DNA from: Macrostomum lignano
Taxonomy: Eukaryota
Length of the DNA stretch: 64,000 nt
Assembly (NCBI GenBank): GCA_002269645.1
Contig: NIVC01001575.1
Coordinates: 246,232 to 310,231 of the forward strand
Reading direction: 5' to 3'
The notes under the pieces were generated by a model. The model was not told the DNA's origin. It worked only from the letters and a program-made list of their open reading frames with translations, and searched no databases. The position numbers were made by a program, and so were the translations under genes. The stretch's first letter is position 1; each line of letters starts with the position of its first letter. Below, piece after piece: positions 26,344 to 39,900 of the stretch.

Positions 26344-28235
26344 ATGGCATCAACGTCGAACGTTGGTAAACCGACCATGCTGTGGGCGGTGCCGCGCAGC
26401 ATCAGCACCGCGTTCTTTCGCGCGATGGAGAACCACCCGAACACTAGGGTGTACCTGGAGCCCTACTCCAAGGCCTACTACTTTGGACCGGAGCGGGTCA
26501 GCTCCCGCTACGCCGATCAGCCGGTGCAGGAAGAGTGCACCTTTCTCAGCGTGAAGAACACGCTGGAATCTGCCGGGTCGGCCAGCCCCGACAAGCAGGT
26601 GTTCGTCAAGGACATGGCCTACTACCTGTACGGGAACAAGTACGAGCCGAAGGAGCTCCTGCCTAGCGGTTATCGGCACACCTTCCTGGTGCGAGACCCG
26701 CATAAGACTGTGAAATCTCTGTACAAGATGTCAATCAATACGCAGCTCACAGGTTGGCAGTTTTTGCTGGACTAATTTTTTAACAACTCAGACCATAATA
26801 TCAGCCACTATGATATGCTTTATCTATATAAAAAAACAAAAATTTACAGGCTGGGACAGCTTTGACGAGCATGAAATCGGCTTCAAGGAGCTCTGGTCTC
26901 TCTACGAACTCATTCAGACTATTGAGGATGAGCCGCCAATAGTGATCGACGCTGATGATCTGCTTCAGCAGCCGGGTCTGTCTATGATATGCTTTCTTTG
27001 CATGCTACTTACCTATGATAAATTCAGTAGAAAGTTGTGCGCATACAACGATACTTTTTTAGATCCAAATCCCTCTGGTGTTTTTAGTTTTTTTTTCAAA
27101 GCTGCTTACGGCTGTTCAGACCAAGGACTGGGGTCGCCACACACACCCTCAATCACCCCAGCTAATGCTGGCACACATTTTACAGCTAGGTGAACACTGA
27201 AGCAATGCAGAGTTAAGTGTCTTGCTCAAGTGGGATCGGGAATCGAACCCTCGACCTTCAAGTCGTGAGTCGGCCGACGCTCTAACCACTAGGCTGCAAC
27301 CCTATCTATGCTTCTATGTTCTGCAGGATTCTATAATGTGGAAGCTTCTGTGTAGAATATGGAAGCTTCTGTGTAGAATGTGCAAGCTTCTGTGTAGAAT
27401 GTGGAAGCTTCTGTGTAGAATGTGGAAGCTTCTGTGTAGAATGTGGAGGCTTCTGTGTAGAATGTGGAGGCTTCTGTGTAGAATGTGGAGGCTTCTGTGT
27501 AGAATGTGGAGGCTTCTGTATATAATGTGCAAGCTTCTGTGTAGAATGTGGAAGCTTCTGTGTAGAATGTGGAAGCTTCTGTGTAGAATGTGGAGGCTTC
27601 TGTATATAATGTGCAAGCTTCTGTGTAGAATGTGGAAGCTTCTGTGTAGAATGTGGAAGCTTCTGTGTAGAATGTAGAGGCTTCTGTATATAATGTGGAG
27701 GCTTCTGTGTAAGGTAGAAGCTTCGGTGTAGAAGGTGGAAGCTTCTGTGTAGAATTTAGAAGGCTTAGCATGTTAACATGCAGTTACAAAAAAACTCAGA
27801 ATTGTTTCATTCACGTACGAACAGCGACATACCATGACCGAAAACCAATTTCAAATTTTAAAAGAATCTAACATCCTAACTCTAATCGGTGGTCGCATGA
27901 CAAAAGTATAGTTACAGTATACAACTAAATGTTGACTTGAATCGCCGCCCGCAGAGGACTATTTCAAGGCCTACTGCAGCCGTATCGGCCTGCCCTACGA
28001 GCCCAGCATGCTGAAATGGGACGCCGCTCGGGATTCGATCGCTGCAAAGGACGAATGGGCCGGCTGGTTCGAAGGCGTCCTTGGTACAACGTCGTTTGTT
28101 AAGCCTCTGGCTAGGAAACGACAACCGTCTATTGATCTGCCGGACTATGTGATGCTCAGCATTGAGAGGAACCTGCCCTACTATCACAACTTTCTGGCTG
28201 TGAAGACTCGCTTGGAAGACATAGCCGAAGACTGA
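26344..28235 (+). CDS. Sulfotransferase-fold (P-loop; Sulfotransfer_5 / 'BCAT-like protein 2' type) protein; exons 26344-26752, 26850-26975, 27955-28235
   Basis: Motifs LWAVPRSISTAF, EPY, FVKDMAYY, HTFLVRDPHK, PIVIDADDLLQQP and LPYEPSMLKW. GT/AG boundaries with matching phase-1 junctions give a continuous frame. Confidence 0.8.
27085..27300 (-). mobile_element. tRNA-derived SINE with CORE-like domain, in intron 2 of the sulfotransferase-like gene
   Basis: Minus strand: A box (TAGTGGTTAGAG), B box (GGTTCGATTCCC), then CTTGAGCAAGACACTTAAC...CTGTAAAATG resembling the MIR/CORE domain, then an A-rich tail. Confidence 0.7.
27335..27755. repeat. 21-bp minisatellite (GAAGCTTCTGTGTAGAATGTG)
   Basis: Tandem units visible. 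Confidence 0.92.
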
Positions 28236-31200
28236 TTTGATATATGTATGATGCTTTTCATCATAACTTACGCAAACGTACGGATTTCACTGAAGTTGAA
28301 GTTTTTTTTTTACCATGGCTTAAAACAAAACGCTCCATTGTCATGCACCATCCGTTTACTTGTTGTCTAGGCATACAGCTATCCCACAGTCAGTTTTATT
28401 CGATTAACAATCAACATGTTTTGCTTCTAGAAAAATCAGTAGTCAACATTTTGTTTAGATTCGAGCTTCATTTTATGGCTAATTATTCGTACATAGCTTG
28501 TCAAACTTCTTATTCCCCATCATAGCCTTAGTTTAACTCATATTGACGTAGCTGCTGTTGGTGTAATTATTATTACGAGAAAGTTTCACTATTTTGTTGT
28601 ATTATATTGATTCTAGCTCGTTATAAAAAAACGCTTCGATATGTAGGTACACTTCTGCGTTGTCTCACAAGAAAAAATGTTCATTTCATTTATTTATCAA
28701 AACTAACAATGAACAAAAAATATACAGCGAACTATATCGTCAGTATACTTTTATGTAGTAATCCAAGTCGTAAAAATATACAATTGTTTTCAGGTAAATA
28801 TTTTAACTGTATTCAAATTAAAGTGAATTTATTAGAAGTTAACACGTACAGAATCCTAATTTTCTGAGCGAAAAGCTTTATGAATTATCAATAGAGCTAT
28901 AGGAAGGCACAGCATATCAAAAGATGAACATTGCGGGTATGAGGAAAAGCAATAACATTTTTGTGATAAAAATGAAAAACTTCCTATCTCCGTTAGTGTA
29001 TTTTTGGCGAAAAGTGGCCTCTAGCAAGGCTCGAGCAAGGACGACTTAAGTCGTCCTTGGGCCCGAGTTGATTGCAAGATTATACGAGCGGACCAAAGCT
29101 AAGATTTCAATTTAGCCCTAAATTAATGTGACAATGCTACTGCACTTAGATTCGAGCCTAGGCCAATGGCGTTAAATCTTTTTGGTAAAAAATGCACAGT
29201 TTTCTTTTGCTTTGATTAACTTTTGTTACTCTAGAAATATTAAAATATTTTAAAAAGTCTTGATTCCAAGACATCAGTTTTCGTTTTCTCCAATTACCAC
29301 CGTTGTCAATGGTTTAGTTCCTTGTTTAAAATGTTCTAGCAGAAATGTCATTTTCGCGTTTTGAGTCCTTATTTTGTATTGTATTTCTTCAATTTAATAT
29401 AGGCCTAACTTTTACATTTTAAATATAAAATATGTTGTTCATTATGACTTGAATTATATATTAAAAGCCAACAATTTGCATGTCAACAGTAAACTTGTAA
29501 CGAGTAAAATTGTTACTTGATTCTATTGATTTACTAATTTATGTATAGTATTTGTGTCTGCATTATGTGACAAAATGACTATAAACTATAAATTTAAGTA
29601 ATAATAAATGATTTTTGTCTTCTTTGTGCAAGGGTAGATCTAGACTTTTTTAGGCCACCCTAAGGCCTAAGCCTAAACGTATTTCTGTGTCTAGTTTCTG
29701 GTTATACTTTTAAACTGAAAATTGATTCCAACTTTTATAAATATATAAAATGCAATATACAAATACAAATCCAATATTAGTTGTGTTAGTAGTAGTAGTA
29801 TACCATAGTCAAGATCATGGCATGCCTGCGCTAGAATAAATTCTATCAAAAAGTTAGATTGTGCCATGCGCCAGAACAAATCCTATCAAAGAGGTTTGCT
29901 TGCACTGTGCACCAGAACAATTCCTATAAAAAGTTTGATACTAAACCTTTTGAAAAAAATTCAAAAATTAATAATTTTCTAATTGAAAAATACTGGTAAA
30001 ACTTGTATTTGAATCTGTTTCATAGAAAATTCAATGTTAACATAAATAAAAGCTGTCAATATAGGCCTACCAGAAAACAAAAAGAAAAGTGCTAATAAAA
30101 ATAAATAATATTTTTTTGTCTTGCGCTGTACTATGCCAGATTTTTCTTCCTTGCCTACTGTTATACCAAAATGCATTGGCGTGGCACATGTCTACCCCTT
30201 TTTATGCCAGAATTTTCCATAAAAAAGGCCATCTTCCTGACTATGTCTATGAGTAGTATATTATATAATAATGAAAAAAATCATTATTAGAAGAATGGCA
30301 TCATTGGCATAGATTATATGAAATAGCTTAGTTAGTCTTAGAATAATATTATAGATTGAGTTAAATTTGCAAATTTTGTTTTCAATTTATTTATTATTAT
30401 AACAATATATTCTTTTTGAAAAACAAATTATTATTGGGAGAATTTAAAAGTATTATAAAAAAGTTTAATAGTAAACAAAGGAGGCAAAATGCTATATAAT
30501 GCTTTAAATAGGCTAATTCTAAAAAATAAAAAATGAAAACTTTAAATAAGAGGAGATGTTATTTTATACCTAATTTATATAATATTAGTTAAAAGATAGT
30601 GAAATATAAGTGCATTATATTTTAGTTGTTCTTATTGACAATTAAAAAAATTTAATTTTATTAGTATAAATCTTTTTTTAAATAAAATTATTGTCTAATA
30701 GAATTTTTACATTATGGTATTATAATGAATCTTATAAAGCTAGATAATCATAGTGAATTAGTTCTATTAAAAAGGCATAATAGATAAATAATATAATTAT
30801 ATTTACATTTTTATTTTGCTTAATTTATGTTTTTGTCAGATTTTTTAAAGTAATTTATTTATATTAAAAATATATGAGCCTATAGTATAAGGGATTTTAT
30901 AAAAGTTTTTAGACTTTTTATTATATATAGTTATTATGTATAGGGTTGCTTAAATGAATAGAAATTTTTATCAATATTTTCTTTCAATTTATTTTATTGA
31001 AATATAAAGTTTCACAATAATACAATTTGCTTGCAAAAAGTTGTGAGCATTTTAAAGCTTTTCCTAAGATATTTCTATCATAATTTTGAAGTTTTACATT
31101 TTTTATATAGGAAAATAGGATATTGGTGCCAAAAATTGTCATGGGTATGACTTTGCATGGCATTTAACTTAGCTATTAATTGAATAAATTTTCAAATCAA

Positions 31201-31515
31201 TATTTATTGCTTTTTTACTGCTCCTTAATAAAGTTTTACATCAGATGCATTTGTGTCATAGATAAAAATCATAGACAAAAACCATAGACAAAAGCCATGG
31301 ACCCTTCAGCAAACTATAAAATCCCATTCATTTTTTGTAAGCAATATAAATGTATTTTTATGATTATTCATGCTGCTGTTAGTTACATGGTGCTTAATTA
31401 TTGTTGGTGACTCATTAGATAGACTGGTAATGGAAAACAAAACTGAATAGAAAAATAGAAACCACCTGTCATTATTCCTGATAACTACTTCAGCATATAT
31501 AATGTAGTAATTAGC

Positions 31516-33972
31516 ATGTCAAGTTGCAATCATCCACCCAATCAGCTGCACAAGCGATGCACAGCCTGCAGCATTGTGACATCCAAGCTGCATGGCAAAT
31601 TCTGCTCAGAGTGCCGAGCTCGCGAGTCATTTGAATATTTCTGCGCCCAGTGCATCATTGGCACTGTGGTGAACTGCCCACATTCGATTGCCAACTGGCA
31701 GAAACGCTGCTCCAAAAAGGATTGCAATGAGGTTGCAGAAAATCTTGGCAGCAAATTCTGCTCAGAATGCGGCGCTGAAAGTTCTTTTCAGGTCTTCTGC
31801 AATTGCTGCAATGGCCAACAAGTTGCCAATGCCAGTCTGCCTTCAAACAGCCAGTCAGCTTCTTCATTGCCGCTGCCACCAGAGCAAGCCAGTCTTGTCC
31901 CTCCATCTTTGCCTGAAAATAGCAGCTGCACATCGCTGACTCAGGTGCAACTTTATCATCCAGAGCTGCTCCAACAGGAGACTGGATTCGGTGCTACATC
32001 TGATAGGCCAATGACTAGTGGTAGCAGCTCAGAGCATGGGCAATCTCAGCCTGATACTGCTGGGCATAATCCGGTCGCCTCAACTTCGGAGCAGCCAGCC
32101 CAGTCACACACATCTGCCATGTTGTTTGGTCCTTTGTCTGACAGTCCATCGGTATACCAGCGGCAGCACCAAATGGACGCTGGGATGTCTGCCAGTCTTT
32201 TTAGCCAGCAGCTCCAACCAGGCGCTGGGATGTCCGTCAGTCCGTCTGACCAGCAGCTGCAGCAGCATCAAGACACCCAGGCATCTACCAGTCTGTCTGA
32301 CCTGAACCAAGTCCAGCAGCAACCAGCTCAGATGTCTGCCACTCCATCTGACCAGAACCAAGTCCAGCAGCTACCAGCTCAGATGTCTGCCACTCCATCT
32401 GACCAGAACCAAGTCCAGCAGCTACTAGCTCAGATGTCTGCCAGTCCATCAAACCAGAACCAAGTCCAGCAACTGACTGAGAGTTCATCCAGTCAGCGTC
32501 CTCAGGGAGCAGGTGAACTTACACCTGAAGCTGGTAACTCAGTGCCTTCTAGCGTGTCCGACCAGGGCTCAGAAGTTTTATCACCGCTGATAGATCACCA
32601 GAGAAAGCGACTAAGTCCTGCTGTTGAGGCGCAAGTCAAATCTAATGATCCGAGTCTGATCGAGTCTGGTTCTTCTACAATGCCTGCTTCGAGCAGCACA
32701 AGCGCCGACGACGCAAAACGTCAGAAGCTTGACGACGCTTCCCGCAAGTCTGTTGATTGCGATCTAGACACAAATAAGCAGACCGAGACGGATAAGGGCA
32801 GTGTCTCAGGTGTCAGTGGCAGTCTAGCTGAGTCGGTCAGTGGCGCAGGTGACTGCAGTCGCCATGGCGAAATTAATGCTCAAACTGATGACGCGAACAC
32901 GTGCCAATCAGAAAATAGCCAAGCTGTGCAGTCACCGAAGACTGCTGGATCAACTGATCAACAACAGTCTGAACCAGGTGTAAACTCTAAAATAATCTCT
33001 GACTCTGGCAGGAATCAACCTTCAACAGAAAAGAAAAGTGGTTCTGCTAGTACCACAGATGACACTTTGACAAGTCAAGCACCAAAAAGTGCTGAACACG
33101 GAGAACCAATGGACACAGATGACGATGAAGGCTCTATCAGAGGTCAAAACAATGAGAATTATACTGGAAAATTCTCGTCCGAGTCTACGGATCAAGCAGT
33201 ACAAAACTTAGGCGCGAAGCTAGGTGAGATTCAAATGGCCGATGCTAACGGAAATGATTCGTTATCCAAGCAACCGGCTTCGCAGCCTACTGAACCTACA
33301 GCCAAATCGAAGACAACAGAAAAGCTTTCACAAACTAAAATCCCGAAAAGTGGTGATGATTATAATCGAATCGTAATGAACGCGTTTCCAAACGATGATC
33401 TCATGAAAGTTAAGCTCCGGTTTTTTTTGGACATTAGGTCGTTAAATTTTAATCCTAACAAAGACGAAATCATATTTGTGATTTGCCACGAGTCTCTCGG
33501 CGGTGGCCATGCGCACAAGTCTCCTTTTATTATGAGTAGCGATTGCATGAAAGATTTTGCTCAAGATGATGCCAAACTTAAACTGATTCAAGTCTCTGCA
33601 TCGTTTATGCTGCCGAAAAGTCTGTTAAACAAAGGATTTGACTACAAGTATGCAGTCAAAACAGACAACGCCTGGCAAGAGGCTGGTGAAAAGCGCCATA
33701 TGCGATCTAAAAGCGAGCATCCGCTTTTTCAGTTTGACGGTCTAGTACAAATACCTGATAAGCAATTACAAGAGCGTGTAACCCGCTCTTCTGCTAGCGT
33801 TAATTATGAAAATTGCTTGCTGCAGTATCGCCTAGTGTCCGAAAGTCTGCTAGCAGAGATGGCCGATAGCAAAGGCTCTGGACCAACTGCTGTGCTTAAT
33901 ACTATCGGCTCAATGCTTGACACTGTAAAAATTGATCAGCACGATCACAGGATGAAAGATTTGAAACCACGC
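31516..33972 (+). CDS. RNF213: RNF213-like first coding exon: zinc ribbons, Q/S-rich disordered region, CBM20-like domain
   Basis: KFCSECR and KFCSECG motifs; VKLRFFLDIRSLNFNPNKDEIIFV...FDYKYAV; donor CGC/GTAAGT after 33972. Confidence 0.75.
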
Positions 33973-36900
33973 GTAAGTTTAAAGTTTGTAGATATTGAAT
34001 TGCGAACTTATAAAGTTTTTCAAAGCTTCTTTAGCAAAAGTCGGTTCTGGCGCTAAAGGTTCGAAGTTGCGAATAGGAAATTGAAAATAATTTTAAACTA
34101 TGGAGTTCTGAGTCTTTGACTAATGAACCTAACTTTACGAGTATGGTCTCAGCAGTAGCTGTATATAGAGTTTTGAAAGTAACATTATATTACTGAAAAA
34201 TTAAATTCATTAGTAAATGTAGCCCTTGTGTATTCAAGACTTGTGGTGTGTTCTATGCAAGCATTTTTCGCCTTACCACCATCCTATCTTACTACTTACT
34301 TGAGCAGACGCTGAAGAATATGCTGGAGCGAATCGCCGACTCTCCCAGCAGCTTTGGTTTCTCTGACGACGCAGATAAAACCTGGAATCAGTGGCTCAGT
34401 TGTGTCCGGCTATTTCTGTTCGCCTCTTACAACAGAATGCTTCCATTTCAGAGGCATTGCTCTTTTCAACTAAAGAAGGATCACGGCATTACAATTTTGA
34501 AGCTTATTTTGCCTCCCATCAGATCCTATTCAGAATCATTTCCTTCTATTAGCAAGTGAGTGGTTTTCACGTTTTTCGTTTATTGTCAAGCTACTGGCCA
34601 TCAAGGATACTATAATTACGAGTATTCTGCCCGCAGCAATGTGACTAGAAGATTTTCGGATGCTATTCAAGCCATATCCGAGTGCAGCGATTTAGATTGT
34701 CTCCCCGAGCTGTTGTACCTGGCTCCAGCTTACCATCTTATTGTGCTGGGCTTGCAACCGTTTGACTCGAGCAGTGTCTATGAAACGTACGGGCTACGGC
34801 ACAATGCTCCCGATCCTGACTGGTGGGGCCTGCATGGAGTCCCTTTGGTCTTCGTTGACAAAATGAAAAGACTAAGAGACGGGTAAGAGTTTCCTTCACA
34901 AATATTTTTGCGCTTAAATTGTTTTTCCAAAATATATATTTGTATTATTTTCATATTTGTCTTTTGTGCATTTTTTGCATAAAATTGTATTTATATGCTT
35001 CCCACCTGATTTTTTCAGCTTGAACTATCAATGGCTTGAAGAATTTCTGACTCGGTACGGCGAATTCGATCCTCTGCTAGACAGATTTTGCTTCGCTGTA
35101 GCAAAGGAGAGCGACCTGCCTAATCTGCTGAAGCTAAAATCAGCTAGTCCGGAAGTTAAACTCGCAGTTTGCCTTTATTTTATGGTTTGCAGCTCCCACG
35201 GGATGGGCAGGTACCATGGCGAAATTCTGGTAATTATATATGCATATAATTACCATTTGCCATTTGTTAACAATACAATATTTTATATTTATTTTTGCTA
35301 ATCATTGTTGAAAGCCAAATATAATTCGTGTAAATTGTAGGAACTACTAGACGTGATTCCGATTCGGCAACTCCAACCTAATTCATTAAGGCTTTGTCTA
35401 TTTATCGGTGCTGATCTTTGTGAAGTGACACAACGAAAAACTATTTTACACGCGAGATACAGCGATATGGCAAATCAGCTGAGGTATGCATTGGTCAACT
35501 TTGTTCTTCAATGCCACCTGGAAATTAAGCGGCGTCTTCGCATGGCACCTACCGATGATAGTCTTTGCAAAGATGACGAAGTGTCTGGCTTGCGTCTCGT
35601 GCAGCTTGAATTTCATAATTTAGTTATTGGTGACAAAACTTTCGTCTCGGGGCTACTTCAAAACCTCGTTTCGAGTGTTATGGTAATGCTGAAATATGCC
35701 CATACGTGCCAATTTTTATTCAACGCATCTAACTTTAATATATCTTATTAAACTTTCATTTCCTTTAAAGAGGTATAACTTATTTTACGGAACGCTAAAG
35801 GCATACGAAGAAGTGAATGCATCAGAGTTGACTCAACTTTGCTCCGAGTCGTTGAGAGAACTCTTGTCTTTGGTATCTAAAGTAAGATTCTGTGCTGTCC
35901 TTTTTCCTTTAATTTCATTTGTAGTTTTAATTATTTCAAAAACCTATCTTTATATTTTAGGACCTCATGATGGATCTTTTTAACACAGAAAATGCTATCT
36001 CTCTGCTGGAAGTCACAATGACAGGAATTGTGCTGCAGATTCTCTTGGAAAAGCTTGAAGGCGGCTCGCATAAAGGAGCTTTTTCAGAAAATTTGGTTTG
36101 TTTTTTTTATGTTTCCAAAATATTGATAAGCTTTTAAAAATTTCAGTAGAAACTGTAAGTCAGGCCACCCCACTTCATCGTCCTGTGAATTCATATATTT
36201 TATTGTAGCTACATCGAACAATTTTTAGAAAAAGGCATGGAAGGAAATCAAGAGCTTCTTTGATAGTAAACACCGCTACTCGACAAAGATCAGCGAAGTT
36301 ATGTCCAACATGATTGTAACCATGAGTAACAAGTTTAAGCGATCTGAGGCCCAGCACAGTATCGATCGGTCGCTAGTTTTCGTGCTGGAATGGCCCATTG
36401 CAACTCATCTAATCGCTGAGCTCAGTAAGAAATCGATTTTTTATTAGTAATTTTCCATTTTTACTCACAAAATCCTTTTGTGAAATATCTTTATTTGCCC
36501 ATAACTTACTATGCAAGACCATTCTAGGACAAAGGCTGCTTCTATTTTCACCAATATTTTGTTTCAAGTACTCTCTTACAGTCTTACACCTGTCTGTTTT
36601 GTTCGTTTCCATCTGACGTCTGCTTTATTTGCTTTCTTTCATTGCAGATCGCGATGGCCTCTCTGATCGATTCTCAACCGAAGCGTTGAGTATTCTAAAG
36701 CATTGTTCCTCTTCTGGCTCAGCATTCCTGAGGCAGCTCTCCGCCGTTGAGTTTGTAAACTATGGAGATGTGGAATATCTGTCAAAGCAGCAAGATGCGC
36801 TAGAAACTCTTTCGCGGGCTCTCAAAAACAAATCGGACATTAAAAATCTTGTGGAAACTGCTGTTGAAATGAAGCAACAATTTGATGGTACACTGGAAGT

Positions 36901-39900
36901 ATTAAATAATCTTCTTAATTTTCTACAACAGTTGACCGACTCCCAACTGGGTAAGCGATAATTTTTTCTTCTCTGTATTTGTTGACTTATTTCTTTTCAG
37001 TATTTTAATATCACTAAAATTATTTTTAGTGGATCTGGAAGGATTTCGGAATTCACTGTCGTCAAGTAATTTAAAGAGAGTAGGTCTGGGATTTTTGGTA
37101 GACCCACAGGCGCCAAAAAATGCTTTGCAGTTAAAGTACTTTGGAACTTTGGAGGAGTTTGAAAGCATAATTATTCAACTTGTGCCGAGATTTGAGCAGT
37201 TATCGCGGAGCAAAACCTTTGAACGGACATTTGCCAAAGCAATGCGTCTGCAATTTAAGCGAAACAATCAGCAAAGACTGTCAATAGATCTCATTGTAGC
37301 GTGCCTCGCTGCCTCAGTTGAAGAGTGGGACGCTCAAGTTAAAAATCTGATGTCTGATGATGCCACTGTGCACACGGTTGAAACGTTTTTTGGCAACTTG
37401 TCGAAAAGCCCAACAGAATTAGCCGAGGAGTTTCGGTGCTTCCAGTGCGGATGGGACCAAGATACTTGGATGGAATACCTGCGCAAGATTTTGTTTGCTC
37501 TACGGATGTCCAGCTATTCGAAAACTGCTTCTGCCATTATTAAAGTTTCCGAAAAATTCGGCATGACAGGTGAACTCCAGATGTTAAAAAGAGTTCTCCA
37601 GATGGGTGAGAGAAGCCTGGACACGCCTCTGCGCAGCATCGAGACGGCTCACATCGAGCAGTTCGACTACCTTGAAGAAGTTTCAAAGGACGAAAACTTT
37701 GTCCCATTGATGGATGCAATTAGTAAGAGCTACGACTTCTGCATGTGGGTTCGAACTAATGTTCAGAGACAGGATTTAAAAACATTTTTTGACCTAGCAA
37801 TGATTTATCTAGGTGATTCTGGCGATATGGAACAGAAGAAAATCGAGACATTTAATCAAGTAGTCAGTGAGTTCGATGGAATCATTTACGATCTAGGTGA
37901 AGCGAGAGAGCAGCAATCAGCAACAGTCGTTGGATTGCTGCGGCTGTGCGGTGAAGTTCTAGCAAAGGTAAAAACCAATCAGACGTTAATTAAAGATCTG
38001 ACAGACACCAGCGCTCGTTTGGACTGGATTAAAGCCGTAAAGGAGAATCAAGGCTCAGTGGAAAAGTCCACGATAAAAAAAATTGAGGCGATCGTTGCGA
38101 CTGGCTTCATTTATTTAGGCTGCCAGGTTGACAGAAAAGAGCCATTTTTAATGAAAGCTACTTCTGCTAGTGAAACGGATCCAGATAATCATGAAGTAAT
38201 GGAGTTTGATCTCGATGATGTGAAGGACCTTCAATCCAAGCTTATGCTCATAGCTGGTCAGTCATACGAAAACAGAGATCTTTTAGATCGGTTCATTAAT
38301 TTGACTGCAAGTATTTTCAGATTGATTGAGGTTTACAAAGAGTTCAATTTGCATTGTTGTGTTTTGTGCGAGAAAGTTTTCATGAAGTTCAACCTTAAAA
38401 CTGGAAGAAAGAATAACGCTTCTATAGAGCTGCGCTACTGCAATCCACCAAAGAGTATCAGGTACTCTTACAGCAACATTACCGCGGGTCTAACCGATCT
38501 CTCTAATGTTTTTCAAGATTGCCTTAACGAGTGGAAAGAGATCATTCAACGTGTCAGAGTATCATATCACTCACTAAACTTTTTTAATCTTCGTCAAATT
38601 AGAATTCTTCAGACCGACTTAGCCCCACTGTTCTGCACAGCTGATGCGACTGACGAAGTTGGATCAGTTTTGCTTCATCTGTTGGGCTATTTGAGCCCGA
38701 ACTGTACGATTGAAGATATTAATAGGAGTGTGGATGAGGTTGTTGTTGAACGAGCTCAAGGCTCTCGCAAACAGGCGCAAAGTGACGACACTCATTCTAT
38801 AATAACTGAGCATCTGCGCGACGAAGGATTTAGCGAAGATATCATCAAGCAGACTGCGCGCATCCTCTTTCGAAACACCGATCTCGATGATCTGCCCACA
38901 GTCGAAGAGCTTCAAGCGCAGGCCACAGATTTGGCTTACAAAGTAGAGAGAAACACCGTCACACAGGCTGACAAGCAGCCCAGAAAAGAATGGAAAACTG
39001 CAGATCAAGAGTTGATTGCTGCAGAAGTTGGTAACCTATCGGCGCATGATGCTTTCAGTCGACTTTGGAAGATTTACATAAAAAATATTGACACATCTCA
39101 TAAAGACTTCCTTAGCTTCAAAGATGTTGCACTGTTTCTAAATCATATTGGAAGTCAAAGATCTAGTCATAGATCTCAACGGAAGCTGCGAAAAAGTTTT
39201 CGAGATCATTTTCCACCTGGAAAACCGATGTCGCTGACTCTTGAACCGAGCGAACAGTTGCTAGTAGCATTGCACCTATTTCAGCAGGCATACGATTCTC
39301 TTCCTCATTTTGAGGAGGTGCTAATTTGTAGCGAAGAGACTAACGAAGAAGAAATTACGGTGTTCTTACACCGCGCTATTTTAGACCAGAGCCCAAACTC
39401 TCTTTATGTGATCATGAATGCAGATAAATTGACGTATGATCTGTCAGTGGTTGCTGAAGAAAACTTTAGCGCACTTCTAGACCGCGTCAACAGCCGAACA
39501 AACTCCTATCTTTTTGCACTTTCATCATCTGAAAGTCAGAAACAATATCCATTCTGCAACGCTCTCAGTCTGTTTCAGAAAGATCTACCTACCAAACCCA
39601 ACCAGAAGAAAATAACTGATTGGGTTGCACAGTTCATGATAAGGGAAGCAGGTCCAGCTCACAGCAGCTTTCTTTGGATCACTTCCAATCGTTCAGGAAT
39701 GGGGAAGTCGCACCAGTGCAATGAGATTGCTAAGGTCCGATCAAGAAAAGTTCCTCACGTATTCAGCTGCAGTGATTCGCACCTGGATGTCGACAAGCTG
39801 TATAATTTCTTTGCCAAAGCAGAAGATGAAGACAGGCGGCCGCAGACATTTCACCTGGATATTGCTCGTGAAGTACAGACAGGCTTTGAAAATGTCTTCA

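Noticed and set aside
27230-27300. Functional tRNA gene
   Set aside because: It has A/B boxes but no complete cloverleaf, and it continues into a SINE CORE-like body.
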